Assembly: GCA_963777975.1 (NCBI GenBank)
Contig: CAVZSO010000009.1
Span: 193,049 to 257,048, forward strand
Length of the DNA stretch: 64,000 bases
Source of the DNA: an uncultured Chloroflexia bacterium
GTDB lineage: Bacteria; Chloroflexota; Limnocylindria; Limnocylindrales; CSP1-4
Reading direction: 5' to 3'
A program made the translations under genes and the position numbers. Positions 20,179 to 30,419 of the stretch are shown here, piece after piece. Positions within the stretch are counted from its first letter, which is position 1; every line of letters starts with the position of its first letter. The notes under the pieces are model-generated. The model was not told the DNA's origin. It did not search any database and saw only the letters and a program-made list of their open reading frames with translations.

Positions 20179-20880
20179 TCACGACGACGGAGCCGGCTGG
20201 CAGGTCCAGGCGATGTCGGCTTCGACGGCGCCGGGGATGTCTGCCGGCGCCGACACCAGCGTCTGGAGCAGCGGCAGGTGCAGGCCGGCATCCTGAGCGG
20301 CTCCATCAAGCGTGGCGAACGCTTCGGCGCCAAGGGCGACGTACTCGCCACCGTCGAGCTCGAGCTTGATCCGAAGCCGCCCGCGATCGACGTCGAGTGC
20401 GTATTCACGGCCCGTCGGCAGCGTGCCACGGTTGTTGATGCGCTCGACCTTCTCGCGCCCGGCGGCCCACGTGCAGACAGCGACGCCGGGGTCGGCTCGC
20501 GACCCGTCGACCGCCAGATCGAGTGTCCCCTCGACCTGCACGGATGGTGCCGCGGTCGGCCCGAAGCCCGATGCGACGATGGCCGCGATCGCGAACGGGA
20601 CGACGCCCAGCAGCAACCATCGTCGCCCGGTCGTGAGCTGGCCGACGCCGACCATGAAGACCACGAAGGCGACGACGTAGGCTAGGGCGCGGATGAAGTC
20701 GGCCATGTAGGCGACGTCGGTGGCCAGGCTGTCGACCCAATGCACGAGGAGGCCGACACCGACGCCGATGAGGGCGCCCAGCGCGACCACGCCCCACTCC
20801 GCAGCATCGAGGCCGAGGTACCGACGGCCCGTCCGAGGCGGGGCCGGCTCCGGGGTCGGTGCCGCTGAACGAGGGAACAC
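20179..20880 (-). CDS. Hypothetical membrane protein (3 N-terminal TM helices plus soluble domain)
   Basis: Hydrophobic segments; no recognised motif. Confidence 0.6.
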   Translation of the reverse strand: MFPRSAAPTPEPAPPRTGRRYLGLDAAEWGVVALGALIGVGVGLLVHWVDSLATDVAYMADFIRALAYVVAFVVFMVGVGQLTTGRRWLLLGVVPFAIAAIVASGFGPTAAPSVQVEGTLDLAVDGSRADPGVAVCTWAAGREKVERINNRGTLPTGREYALDVDRGRLRIKLELDGGEYVALGAEAFATLDGAAQDAGLHLPLLQTLVSAPADIPGAVEADIAWTCQPAPSS

Positions 20881-20923
20881 GCGCTAGTCGCCGCTAGCGG
20901 AACTCATCGGAAGTCGGTCACGA

Positions 20924-21214
20924 TCAGCCGCCGCGCTCGACGTCCAGGCCGCGATCGGCCAGCCCGCGACGGACCTCGGGCAGACCGGCGGCCGACGATG
21001 CGGCATCGGCATGCCGTTCATGGTCGATGCCCAGGGTCGCCAGGACGGTGTTGGTCGCCTCAGCATCGGATGTCGTCAGCATCAACGTCCCGTCCGTGTC
21101 CTCGGCGACACCGACGATGCCGGTGATGTTCACCCCACGCTCGCCGAGCGCCGTGGCGAGACGCGCCAACGACCCCGGCCGATCATCGAGTCGGACCGTG
21201 AACCAGTCGCTCAT
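20924..21214 (-). CDS. ACT domain protein
   Basis: RBS GGAGG; VRLDDRPGSLARLATALGERGVNI. Confidence 0.8.
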   Translation of the reverse strand: MSDWFTVRLDDRPGSLARLATALGERGVNITGIVGVAEDTDGTLMLTTSDAEATNTVLATLGIDHERHADAASSAAGLPEVRRGLADRGLDVERGG

Positions 21215-21313
21215 CTCGCCTCCTTGTCCCGTCGTCGTGTCGCCGCCCGGCCGTGCTGTTGATGGTAGCGCCGGTTTCCCGGGCGCCCGTCGGCGGGCTG
21301 CTAGGCTCATGGC

Positions 21314-22111
21314 ATGCGCATCGCGACGTGGAACGTGAACTCGCTGAAGGTCCGCCTGGATCGTGTCGAGGGCTGGCTGGCGCAAGCCAAGCCGGACGTG
21401 TTGCTGATGCAGGAGACCAAGCTCGCCGACGAGGCCGCGCCTGATCTGCCCTTCCGGATGGTCGGCTACGAGCTGGCACACCATGGCCAGGGCCGCTGGA
21501 ACGGCGTCGCCATCGCATCGCGGGTCGGCATCGCCGACGTCGTCACGAACTTCGGGCTTGGCCCGGTCGGTGGCGGCGACGACGAGGACGGCGAGCCCGG
21601 CCACGAGGCGCGCATGATCGCGGCGACCTGCGGCGGCGTGCGCGTGGTCAGCCTCTACGCGCCGAACGGCCGCGCGCTGGGCACCCCGTTCTACGACGCC
21701 AAGCTGACCTGGTTCCGACGACTGCGCGATTGGCTCGATGCCGAGGAGGATCCGTCGGCATCGCTCGTCGTCGGTGGCGACCTGAATGTCGCCCCGACCG
21801 ATCTCGATGTCTACGACCCCGCGGTCTACGTCGGCACCACCCATACCTCCGCGCCCGAGCGGTCCGCGTTCCAGGCGCTCCTCGACTGGGGCCTGGAGGA
21901 CACCTTCCGGCGGTTCCACCCGGAACCGGGTCGATTCACGTGGTGGGACTATCGAGCGGGCAACTTCCACAAGGGCCTGGGCATGCGCATCGACCACCTG
22001 CTGGCGACCCGTCAGGTCGCCGAGCGAGCCACGGGCGCCGACATCGACCGCGATGCGCGCAAGGGCAAGCTGCCCTCCGATCACGCGCCGCTCTATCTCG
22101 ACCTGGCGTGA
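21314..22111 (+). CDS. xth: Exodeoxyribonuclease III
   Basis: MRIATWNVNS, LMQETK, YAPNG, GDLNVAP, FTWWDYR, RIDH, SDHAP. Confidence 0.95.
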   Translation: MRIATWNVNSLKVRLDRVEGWLAQAKPDVLLMQETKLADEAAPDLPFRMVGYELAHHGQGRWNGVAIASRVGIADVVTNFGLGPVGGGDDEDGEPGHEARMIAATCGGVRVVSLYAPNGRALGTPFYDAKLTWFRRLRDWLDAEEDPSASLVVGGDLNVAPTDLDVYDPAVYVGTTHTSAPERSAFQALLDWGLEDTFRRFHPEPGRFTWWDYRAGNFHKGLGMRIDHLLATRQVAERATGADIDRDARKGKLPSDHAPLYLDLA

Positions 22112-22917
22112 ACGAGTCACTCGACGCGGGCACGGCCGATCGTCATGCGACGGTCGCGACCGAGAGGACGGAGCCCACGGCGCCTGACCGCGGCGACGTC
22201 GGGCAGCAGGAGAACGCGGCCCTTGCGACGGCGACCGCCTCGACGTCTGCCGCCGCGCCAGAGACAACCGCCGAGAGCGGCTCGGATCCATTCCCACGAG
22301 ATGCATGGACGACGCTCACCGGACATGCCGCCGGCTACCTTCGGCTGACGGTCGCGCTGGTCCGCGATCCGGCCGTCTCGAAGCACCGCCGTGCCGCGCT
22401 GCTGGCGGCCGCCGCCTACTTCGCTTCGCCGATCGATCTCATCCCCGGCATCGTGCCAGTGCTCGGACAGGTCGACGATCTGGCCGTGGCCATGCTCGCC
22501 ATCCGCCTCGCGCTCAACGCTCTCGAGCCCGGACGCCGACAGATGCACCTCGCGGCTGCTGGTTTGACCGACGAGGCCCTGCACGACGACCTCATCGCGG
22601 CTGGACGACTGACGGCCTGGGCGGCCAGAGCTGGCGTCCGGACCGGACTTCGCGCCGGTCGCGGCGCGATCCGGTTCACGGTCCGCGGCGGGCGCGCGGC
22701 GACAGGACTCGCGCTGCGTGGCGGACGCGCTGCTGGTCGCCGCGCGGCACCGGTGGCCGATCGATTGAACGCGTCCCGTCACGACGCCTCCACGCGGATC
22801 CGGCGTCGTCTCGATCGTGGGCCCGCGGCGACCGAGGAGATGGACGGCGCGGCCACGGAACCTGCCGCCGACGATGGCGTCGGTCATCCAGATGGTGGCG
22901 CCGGCGAGCGAGCCTGA
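22108..22917 (+). CDS. YkvA/DUF1232 family protein
   Basis: YFASPIDLIPGIVPVLGQVDD; GTG overlaps the xth stop. Confidence 0.8.
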   Translation: MNESLDAGTADRHATVATERTEPTAPDRGDVGQQENAALATATASTSAAAPETTAESGSDPFPRDAWTTLTGHAAGYLRLTVALVRDPAVSKHRRAALLAAAAYFASPIDLIPGIVPVLGQVDDLAVAMLAIRLALNALEPGRRQMHLAAAGLTDEALHDDLIAAGRLTAWAARAGVRTGLRAGRGAIRFTVRGGRAATGLALRGGRAAGRRAAPVADRLNASRHDASTRIRRRLDRGPAATEEMDGAATEPAADDGVGHPDGGAGERA

Positions 22918-23010
22918 AGACCCGACGCCAGTACCACCAGCAGGCGTGTCTGCACCGTCAGGGCGTTCAGGCTACGCTTCGAGCGCGTCCTGACCATCCG
23001 GAGGACCCTC

Positions 23011-23790
23011 GTGTCAGATCGCTCCCGCCCGCCATCAACGACGACTCGACGCGCACGCCGCGAGGCTGAGCGAAGGGCAAGGCGCGGCGTGCCGGCGAGC
23101 AACTCGACCGCGCGCTCGCCGATCGTCTGGATCACCGCCGCCGCACTGATCACCGGGATCGTGCTGATCGCGGCGCTCATCTTCGCAAATGGCTCATCGA
23201 AGACGTCCGGCCTGACCCCGCCCAGCGATCCGACCCCGATCGCCCTGGCCGACGGGCGAGCCATCGGCGCTGCCGACGCACCGGTCACGCTCGATGTCTG
23301 GGCCGACTTCCAGTGTCCCGGCTGCGGCATCTTCACGCGGGCGACCGAGGCGCGGATCGTCCGCGAGTTCGTGGCCAACGGCAAGCTGCGCCTGGTCTTC
23401 CATGACTATGCCTTCATCGGGCAGGAATCGATCGACGCCGCCGTCGCCGCCCGGGCGGCGGACGCGCAGGGCGCATTCTGGCCGTATCACGACTGGCTGT
23501 TCGCCAACCAGGCCGGCGAGAACAAGGGCGCGTTCCGGCGCGATGTCCTGGTCGAGATCGCCAAGCAGGTCGGGCTCGATGTGAACGCTTTCGAGGCCGC
23601 CCTCGACGATCCTGACCTCTTGGCAGCGGTGCGGACCGAGACCACCTCGGGGGCCGATGTCCCCGTCAATGCCACGCCGACGTTGGTCATCGGCGACCAG
23701 GTCATCGAGGGCGCGCCCGCCTGGGACAGCCTGTCGGCGACCATCGAGGCGCAGATCGCCAAGGCCGCCGGCGGATCGCCGACCCCGTGA
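23011..23790 (+). CDS. Membrane-anchored DsbA-family thiol-disulfide oxidoreductase
   Basis: N-terminal TM helix, DFQCPGC, VNATPT cis-Pro loop. Confidence 0.9.
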   Translation: MSDRSRPPSTTTRRARREAERRARRGVPASNSTARSPIVWITAAALITGIVLIAALIFANGSSKTSGLTPPSDPTPIALADGRAIGAADAPVTLDVWADFQCPGCGIFTRATEARIVREFVANGKLRLVFHDYAFIGQESIDAAVAARAADAQGAFWPYHDWLFANQAGENKGAFRRDVLVEIAKQVGLDVNAFEAALDDPDLLAAVRTETTSGADVPVNATPTLVIGDQVIEGAPAWDSLSATIEAQIAKAAGGSPTP

Positions 23791-24233
23791 GCGCACGCCG
23801 GCGCTCAGGGTCGATGCTGGTCGCGCTGGCCGTCCTCGGCATCGCCATCGCTGGCTACCTGGCCGCCACCAAGCTCTCCGGCGAGGTGCCGGTATGCGGG
23901 CCACTGCGGGGCTGTGAGACGGTCAGCACGAGCGAGTACAGCGAGATATTCGGCGTCCCGGTCGCGCTCTTCGGCGTCGCCTATTCGGTCGTCGCTCTCG
24001 CCGCATCGATCGTCTGGTGGCGCGCCGGAGACCGGCGCGCGTTGTACGTCCTCTACGGGATGGGGCTGCTCGGCCTGCTGGCCGTGGTCTACCTGACGTA
24101 CCTGGAGCTGTTCGTCATCGAGGCGGTCTGCATCTGGTGCGTGAGCTACGCCGTGACGGTCGTCGGCGGCTGGCTGGTGGCCGTCATCGCCCTTCGTGGG
24201 AGCAGTCGCCCGACCGGAGCAGCCTCCGACTGA
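23787..24233 (+). CDS. Vitamin K epoxide reductase (VKOR) family protein, DsbA partner
   Basis: C-x5-C loop, SEYS, CIWC motif, 4 TM helices. Confidence 0.92.
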   Translation: MSARRRSGSMLVALAVLGIAIAGYLAATKLSGEVPVCGPLRGCETVSTSEYSEIFGVPVALFGVAYSVVALAASIVWWRAGDRRALYVLYGMGLLGLLAVVYLTYLELFVIEAVCIWCVSYAVTVVGGWLVAVIALRGSSRPTGAASD

Positions 24234-24264
24234 GGGCCGGTCCTCGATGACCGTGACCGGTCGG

Positions 24265-25712
24265 CTAGTTCTTGGGGTCGCCGTCACCGGCCTGGAAGAG
24301 ACCAAGGGCGCCTCGGCCGACGAAGTTGAAGGCGTGCGTGACCATCGGATAGAGGCCGTCCTCGGCGGTCGTGAACTCGATGATCGCACCCTGTGCCGGC
24401 GACAGGTCCACGGCCTGCGAGCCGTAGTGACCGTCGTTCTTGGGCGTCAGCTGGATGCCTTCCTTGATGACCGTGTTGAAGATCGTGCCGACGACGTGGA
24501 ACGAGCTGTCGATGTTGGGCCCCGCGTCGAGGACGAAGACTCGGACAGACTTGCCGGTATCGACCTTGACCGGGTTGTCCTTGTACTGGTTGGCCACGCC
24601 GTTGAAGACCACGAAGTCGGGCGCCGGCGCGCCGGCGGCTGCCTTCTTCAGGTCGGTGACATCGCCCTGGGGGCCCAGGTACCACTCGCTCTGGACGAAG
24701 GCGAACTCGTGGTCGACGGGCTCGAAGCCACCCTTCGGCTCGACGATGACCATGCCGTACATGCCATTGGCGATGTGATGGAGGGCAGGCGCCGTGCCGC
24801 AGTGGTACATCCAGACGCCGGCGTAGTCAGCGGTCCACTCGTAGATCTTCTCCTCGCCCGGCTTGATCGAGGTCATCTCGTCGTTCCAGGCGACCTGGCT
24901 GGCGTGGAAGTCGACGGAGTGCTCGAGCTTGTTGCTGGCCGGGTTGACGAGCTTGATGCGGATCTTGTCCCCCTGGTGGACACGGATGACCGGTCCCGGC
25001 ACGGTCCCGTTGAACGTCCAGACGGCCTGCACGATACCCCTCGGCGACCGTCATGTCCTGCTCCTGCGACGGTCAGGGTGATCTCGTGCTCCTTGCCCTC
25101 GAGGACCTTCGGTGCGGTCGCGTCATAGAGCGTGTATTTCGGAGCGTTGGGGTCGGCCGCGACCGCGCCGGTGTCGGGCGCTGGACCGCCGTGGCTGTCA
25201 GCACTTGGCGCTGCCGCTGCGCCAGCCACCGTGATGGTGCCGGTCATGCCGGCCGCGGCATGACCAGGGACCGAGCAGATGAAGGGCAGGCCGCCGGCCG
25301 GCACGACGACGTCGAAGGTGATGGTCTCGCCGGGCTGCGCGGTGTGTGTCTCGCCGCCGTCGGGCGTGAAGTCGTGGGCGATGGTCCCGCTGTTCTTGAA
25401 CTCGACGCTATAGGTGCCTGCGGCATCGACCGTCAGATCTGCCGGTTTGAACTTGAGGTCGTCCGTGGCCTCGACCATGATCATGCCCAGCGACTCGCCG
25501 GCGGCGGTCGGGGGCGAGGGCGCCGTTGACGCCGCGGCGCCGCTCGCGGCTGGAGCGGCGTCGCTGGCAGCCGGCGAGGGCGCTTCACCGCTCGCCGCCG
25601 GCGAGGCCGGTGCGTAGGTCCACGCCGCGCTGCCGCCCGAGGCGCAGCCAGCGAGCAGGACCGTCGCGACAACGGCGATGATCGCGCCGCGGACGATGTG
25701 ATGGTGCTTCAT
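24265..25712 (-). CDS. nirK: Copper-containing nitrite reductase lipoprotein with N-terminal cupredoxin domain (frameshifts at ~25030-25070)
   Basis: Lipobox LLAGC; cupredoxin HDF...FICSVPGHAAAGM; NirK core WTFNGTVPGP, HSVDFHA, YHCGTAPALHHIANGM, SSFHVVG, VTHAF. Confidence 0.8.
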
Positions 25713-25750
25713 GGTCCGGATCCTTCCTGCTCGGTGGCGATGCTTCGCCC

Positions 25751-25821
25751 GATCGTCATCTTCGGATGATCTATCAGCTACGTGGTCAGGATTAGCGCGA
25801 TCGTCAGTATTTCGGACGACC
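25751..25821. promoter_or_regulatory. Imperfect direct repeat in the nirK/Rrf2 divergent intergenic region; candidate operator
   Basis: GATCGTCATC-TTCGGATGATC (25751-25771) and GATCGTCAGTATTTCGGACGACC (25799-25821). Confidence 0.4.
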
Positions 25822-25889
25822 GGCCCCGCGGGCACGGGCCGAATGGCCCGTCCGGGAGGGCCATGGCGCACAGCACTCTAGACAGCACG

Positions 25890-26306
25890 ATGCGCCTTGA
25901 GCTGACCCGCCGCGCCGACTACGGCATCCGCGCCATGATCGCCATCGCCCGCGCCGCGCCGGATGCGCCCCTGAGCGCCCCGCGCATCGCCGAGTCGATG
26001 GCGATCCCGGTGCGCTTTCTGCCGCAGGTGATGGCCGACCTGTCGCGCGTCGGGCTGGTCGACGCGACCGCCGGTCGACGTGGCGGCTATCGACTCGGTC
26101 GAGCTGCCCGCGCCATCAGCGTGCTCGAGATCATCGAGGCACTCGAGGGCGACGCGCGGCGCCGACAGTGCGTCCTGCGCGCCGCCCCGTGCGGCCGAGA
26201 CGGCCACTGCGACGTGCACGCGGTCTTCGCCGACGCCCAAGACGCGTTACTCGGTCAATTCCAGGCTGCCCGCCTGTCGGACCTGGCCGGCCCGGGCCGC
26301 GGCTGA
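25890..26306 (+). CDS. Rrf2 family transcriptional regulator with three Cys (Fe-S type)
   Basis: MRLELTRRADYGIRAM, GRRGGYRL, ISVLEIIEALEG, CVLRAAPCGRDGHC. Confidence 0.92.
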   Translation: MRLELTRRADYGIRAMIAIARAAPDAPLSAPRIAESMAIPVRFLPQVMADLSRVGLVDATAGRRGGYRLGRAARAISVLEIIEALEGDARRRQCVLRAAPCGRDGHCDVHAVFADAQDALLGQFQAARLSDLAGPGRG

Positions 26307-26407
26307 CCGCACTCGTCGGCCGGCGCGCCGGGCAATGGCGCAACCGCTGATGAGGGCCCCCGGGCTTCGGCGACGACCTCGAGCCGGCACCGATACACTC
26401 CGGCGCC

Positions 26408-28048
26408 ATGACCGCCAGCGCCGACGTGATCCTTCATGGAGGTCGCGTCCATACCGTCGACGAGTCCCGCCCGACCGCGGAGGCGGTCGCCGTACGGGGC
26501 GGCCGTATCGTCGCTGTCGGCTCCGACGCGGACGTCCTGGTGGCCGCCGGTCCCCGCACGCGGCGCATCGACCTGCGAGGTCGGACGCTGCTGCCCGGCT
26601 TTCAGGACGCGCACGTGCACACCATCACGAGCGCGCTCGATCGGCTGCGCTGCGACCTGACGGTCTCCGACGACGCCGCCACGTACCTGGAGTTGATCCG
26701 CGCCTACGCTGCCGCGCACCCGGAGCGACCGGCCATCCTGGGCGGCGGTTGGAGCATGACGGCGTTCCCACATGGGACGCCGGATCGCGCACTCCTCGAT
26801 GCCATCGTTCCCGACCGCCCCGTCGCCCTCGACAATCGAGACGGGCACGGCACCTGGGTCAACTCGAAGGCCTTCGAGCTGGCGGGCATGGACGACGACA
26901 CGCCGGAACCGGCTCGCGGACGCATCGAGCGACGAGCTGACGGGTCGCTCCAGGGCACGCTCCACGAGGGCGCTTCCGACCTCGTCTGGGACGCCTTGCC
27001 GAAGCCCGAACCGGACGACTGGCTGGAGGCCGCTCGGATCGGGCAGCGCGAGCTCCTGGGTTACGGCATCACGGCCTGGCAGGACGCGAGCGGATACGAC
27101 AACGACCTGTTCGCCTATCGACACCTGGCCGAGACGGGCGAGCTGGTCGCCCATGTGATCACGACGCAACGCTGGTCGCGACAGCACGGACTCGAGCAGC
27201 TCGAGGGGCTCATCGACACGAGCCGGGACCTGGCCATCGGCCGGTTACGGGCTGACCGGATCAAGATCCTGCTGGATGGCATCGTCGAGAACTACACGGC
27301 CGCCATGCTCGAGCCGTATCTCGACGAGGACGGCCGACCAACCACGAATCGCGGCATGTACTACATCGATATCGAGGTCGTCCGGGAGGCGGTCCGACTG
27401 GTCGACCGGGCGGGCCTGCACGTGCACATCCACACCATCGGTGACCGCGCCGTCCGCGATGCCCTCGATGCCATCGAGCGCGCCGCCGCCGTCAACGCGG
27501 CCTGGGATCGGCGACCGACGCTGGCGCACATCCAGATCGTGCACCCGGTCGACATCCCGCGCTTCGCGGCTCTGGGCGTCGTCGCCAACGGACAGCCCTA
27601 CTGGGCGTTGGACGAGGAGCAGATGGGCAGCATGAACATGCCCTTCCTGGGCGAGGAGCGCAGTGCCTGGCAGTACCCCTTTGCGTCGCTCCTGCGATCG
27701 GGCGCCCGGCTGGCATTCGGCAGCGACTGGTCCGTCTCGACCGCCGACCCCCTGCAGGAGATCGAAGTCGCCGTTCGGCGTGTGTCGCCGGACCATCGCG
27801 ACGCGGAGCCCTTCCTGCCCGACGAACGGATCTCGCTCGAGGCGGCCGTCCACGCTTTCACGCAGGGGGCGGCCTATGTCAACGGTCTCGAGGCCGAGAC
27901 GGGCAGCATCACCGTCGGCAAGCTGGCCGACCTCATCGTCCTCGATCGCGACCTCTTCGCCCCCGAGGTCTTCCCCGCGGACGCCCGCGTCCTGCTGACG
28001 ATGGTCGAGGGCGAGGCCGTCGTCGAGGATGCCGCGCTGGAGGCTTGA
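26408..28048 (+). CDS. Amidohydrolase 3 (YtcJ-like)
   Basis: PGFQDAHVH, KILLDG, HIHTIGDRA, LAHIQ, FGSDW, GKLADLIVLD. Confidence 0.9.
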   Translation: MTASADVILHGGRVHTVDESRPTAEAVAVRGGRIVAVGSDADVLVAAGPRTRRIDLRGRTLLPGFQDAHVHTITSALDRLRCDLTVSDDAATYLELIRAYAAAHPERPAILGGGWSMTAFPHGTPDRALLDAIVPDRPVALDNRDGHGTWVNSKAFELAGMDDDTPEPARGRIERRADGSLQGTLHEGASDLVWDALPKPEPDDWLEAARIGQRELLGYGITAWQDASGYDNDLFAYRHLAETGELVAHVITTQRWSRQHGLEQLEGLIDTSRDLAIGRLRADRIKILLDGIVENYTAAMLEPYLDEDGRPTTNRGMYYIDIEVVREAVRLVDRAGLHVHIHTIGDRAVRDALDAIERAAAVNAAWDRRPTLAHIQIVHPVDIPRFAALGVVANGQPYWALDEEQMGSMNMPFLGEERSAWQYPFASLLRSGARLAFGSDWSVSTADPLQEIEVAVRRVSPDHRDAEPFLPDERISLEAAVHAFTQGAAYVNGLEAETGSITVGKLADLIVLDRDLFAPEVFPADARVLLTMVEGEAVVEDAALEA

Positions 28049-28051
28049 CGC

Positions 28052-29092
28052 TCAGGCGACTCGGTCGCGCGTGATGTCGGCGACCGTGGGACAGCCGAGC
28101 AGAGCCATGGCCGTGGTCGTCTCGGCTCGAAGGATCTCGACCGCGCGGGCGACGCCGGCCTCACCGGCAGCCGCCAGGGCGTACAGGAAGGGCCGGCCGA
28201 TGAAGACGCCCCGGGCGCCGAGGGCGAGTGCCGTGACGACGTCGGTGCCGCGCCGAACGCCGCCGTCGAGATAGACCTCGGCGCGTCCCTCGACCGCCTG
28301 GACGATCGGCTCGAGGGCATCGATGGTCGCCGCCACGCGGTCGAGCTGGCGTCCCCCGTGATTGGAAACGACGACCGCGTTCGCCCCGTGCTCGACGGCC
28401 AGTCGGCCATCGCCGGGCGAGAGGATGCCCTTGATCACCAGCGGCAGCGGGGTCAACGAGCGCAGCCAGTCGACATCCGACCAGGTCATCGATGGATCCA
28501 GCTCCTCACCGACGAAGGCGGCATGGCCGGAGGCGCCCCCGATGTCGGCGACGTTGCCAAGCGGGCCGGGATCGCGCAGTGGATGGCGCATCTCGCGCGC
28601 GCGATAGCCTGGCCGCGGCAGGTCGACGGTCAGCATGATGGCGGCATAGCCGGCTTCAGTGGCGCGCGCCACCAGTTCCAGGGACCGCCCGCGATCCCGC
28701 TGGAGATAGAGCTGGAACCACCGGCTGCCGCGGCCGACCGAGGCGACCGTCTCGAGCGATCGATTGGAGAGGGTGCTGAGGGCGTAGACCAGGCCTTCCC
28801 GACCCGCCACCCGCGCGGGCACGACTTCGCCCTCGCGATGGGCGAGTCCCTGGAGCGCGGTCGGTGCGATGCCGATGGGCAACGAGACCCGGGTGCCCAG
28901 CATCGTCGTCGAGGGATCCACGCCGGAGACGTCGTGCAGCACCCGCGGCCACAGCACGCGGCGGCCGAAGGCGGCCTCGTTCTCCCGCAACGTGCGCTCG
29001 TCCCAGGAGCCGCCCGCGTAGTAGCCGAAGGCCTCGGGAGAGAGGGCCGCCTCGGCGAGCGGCTCGAAGTCGGCGAGGGCTTGGACATCCAT
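28052..29092 (-). CDS. FMN-dependent alpha-hydroxy acid oxidase/dehydrogenase
   Basis: WFQLY, LTVD, VIKG, VSNHGGRQLD, DGGVRRGTD, GRP. Confidence 0.93.
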   Translation of the reverse strand: MDVQALADFEPLAEAALSPEAFGYYAGGSWDERTLRENEAAFGRRVLWPRVLHDVSGVDPSTTMLGTRVSLPIGIAPTALQGLAHREGEVVPARVAGREGLVYALSTLSNRSLETVASVGRGSRWFQLYLQRDRGRSLELVARATEAGYAAIMLTVDLPRPGYRAREMRHPLRDPGPLGNVADIGGASGHAAFVGEELDPSMTWSDVDWLRSLTPLPLVIKGILSPGDGRLAVEHGANAVVVSNHGGRQLDRVAATIDALEPIVQAVEGRAEVYLDGGVRRGTDVVTALALGARGVFIGRPFLYALAAAGEAGVARAVEILRAETTTAMALLGCPTVADITRDRVA

Positions 29093-30396
29093 CAGTCGGT
29101 CCCCACCCCGGCTGACCCGCTCGTCGGTGTCCGCTCGAGGAAGTCGGCCGACGCCAGTGGGCGAAGGCAATGGGTCATCGACATCGCCTGCTCGTAGCCG
29201 CCCGCGTTGAGCAGCGCCACGATGTCGCCTTCCCGGACAGGCGGCAGGAGGTAGTCCTCGACGAACACGTCACCGGCCTCGTTGATATGGCCGGCGACCG
29301 TGACCGCGTCCGTCCGTGGCGCGTCGGCGGCTCGGCACAGGACCACCTCCTGCGCGAAGCGGTAGATGAACCAGGAGCAGAAGACGTTCCAGCCGCTGTC
29401 CAGACCGACGAAACGGACACCGGCCCGATCCTCGACGGTGACCACCTCGGCCAGAAGGACGGCGGCGTCCTTGACCAACAGGTCGCCCGGCTCGAAGCCC
29501 ACAGTGACGCCCATCGGACCGAGGTGGCGAGCGACGACGGTCATGTAGGCATCGAGATCGACGGCTTCCTCGGACTGACGCGCGACACGGCCGATGCCGC
29601 CGCCGACGTTGACCTCGGTCAGCACGTGACCGGCCGCCTCCAGCCGACCGGCCAGGGGAACGACCGCCGCCAGCGCCGCCTCGAACGTGGCCAGCCCATC
29701 GGCCAGCCAGCCGGACCCGGCATGGAAGTGGAGCGTGTCGACGACCAGGTCATGTCGCCGCAGGGCCGCCAGTGCGTCATCGAGTCGATCGGCCGTGATG
29801 CCCAGCTTGGTCGGACGTGATCCCGCGTAGGCGAGCCCGTCGTTGTAGCCGGCACCGATCATCGGGTTCACACGCAGGCCGACGGTCGAGCCCGGCGCCC
29901 GGCGCCCGACTCGCTCGACCTGGCTGACGGCATCGAGGTTGATATGCACGCCGGCACCGAGGATGACATCGAGGTCTCGCTCCGAGGAGTTCGTCCCGGT
30001 ATAGGAGATCTCGGCGGCCGCCCAGCCTTCGGCAAGCGCCAGCTCGACCTCGCCCGGCGAACAGGCGTCGATGCCGACGCATCCCGGTTCACCCGCGCGG
30101 CCCAGCCCGCGGAGGGCGGCCAGGACCTCCGGTTCCCGGTTGGCCTTGAGGGCGAAACGAAGGTGGTGTTCGAGGTCAGCGCGCTCAGCGGCAGCGTGTA
30201 CGGCCCGCCCGTTCTCACGGACACGCTCGAGGTCATAGACGAAGCGCGGCGTGCCACCCGCGCGGGCCAACGACTCCGCGTCTCGGCCGGCGATGATCAG
30301 GCGCCCCTCGACGGCGTCGAGGCCAGGTCGCCGCCACCAGTCGGGCGCGGCCATCGGGGGGCCAGGCCGTATCGGAGTCGACGTCGTCGAAGCCAT
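29092..30396 (-). CDS. lysA: Group IV PLP decarboxylase, diaminopimelate decarboxylase-like
   Basis: FALKAN, DACSPGE, GLRVNP, HFHAGSG, NVGGG, EPG, GHINEAGD, GGYEQAM. Confidence 0.7.
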   Translation of the reverse strand: MASTTSTPIRPGPPMAAPDWWRRPGLDAVEGRLIIAGRDAESLARAGGTPRFVYDLERVRENGRAVHAAAERADLEHHLRFALKANREPEVLAALRGLGRAGEPGCVGIDACSPGEVELALAEGWAAAEISYTGTNSSERDLDVILGAGVHINLDAVSQVERVGRRAPGSTVGLRVNPMIGAGYNDGLAYAGSRPTKLGITADRLDDALAALRRHDLVVDTLHFHAGSGWLADGLATFEAALAAVVPLAGRLEAAGHVLTEVNVGGGIGRVARQSEEAVDLDAYMTVVARHLGPMGVTVGFEPGDLLVKDAAVLLAEVVTVEDRAGVRFVGLDSGWNVFCSWFIYRFAQEVVLCRAADAPRTDAVTVAGHINEAGDVFVEDYLLPPVREGDIVALLNAGGYEQAMSMTHCLRPLASADFLERTPTSGSAGVGTD

Positions 30397-30419
30397 CGCT
30401 GTCCAGCGTAGCCGAACCC

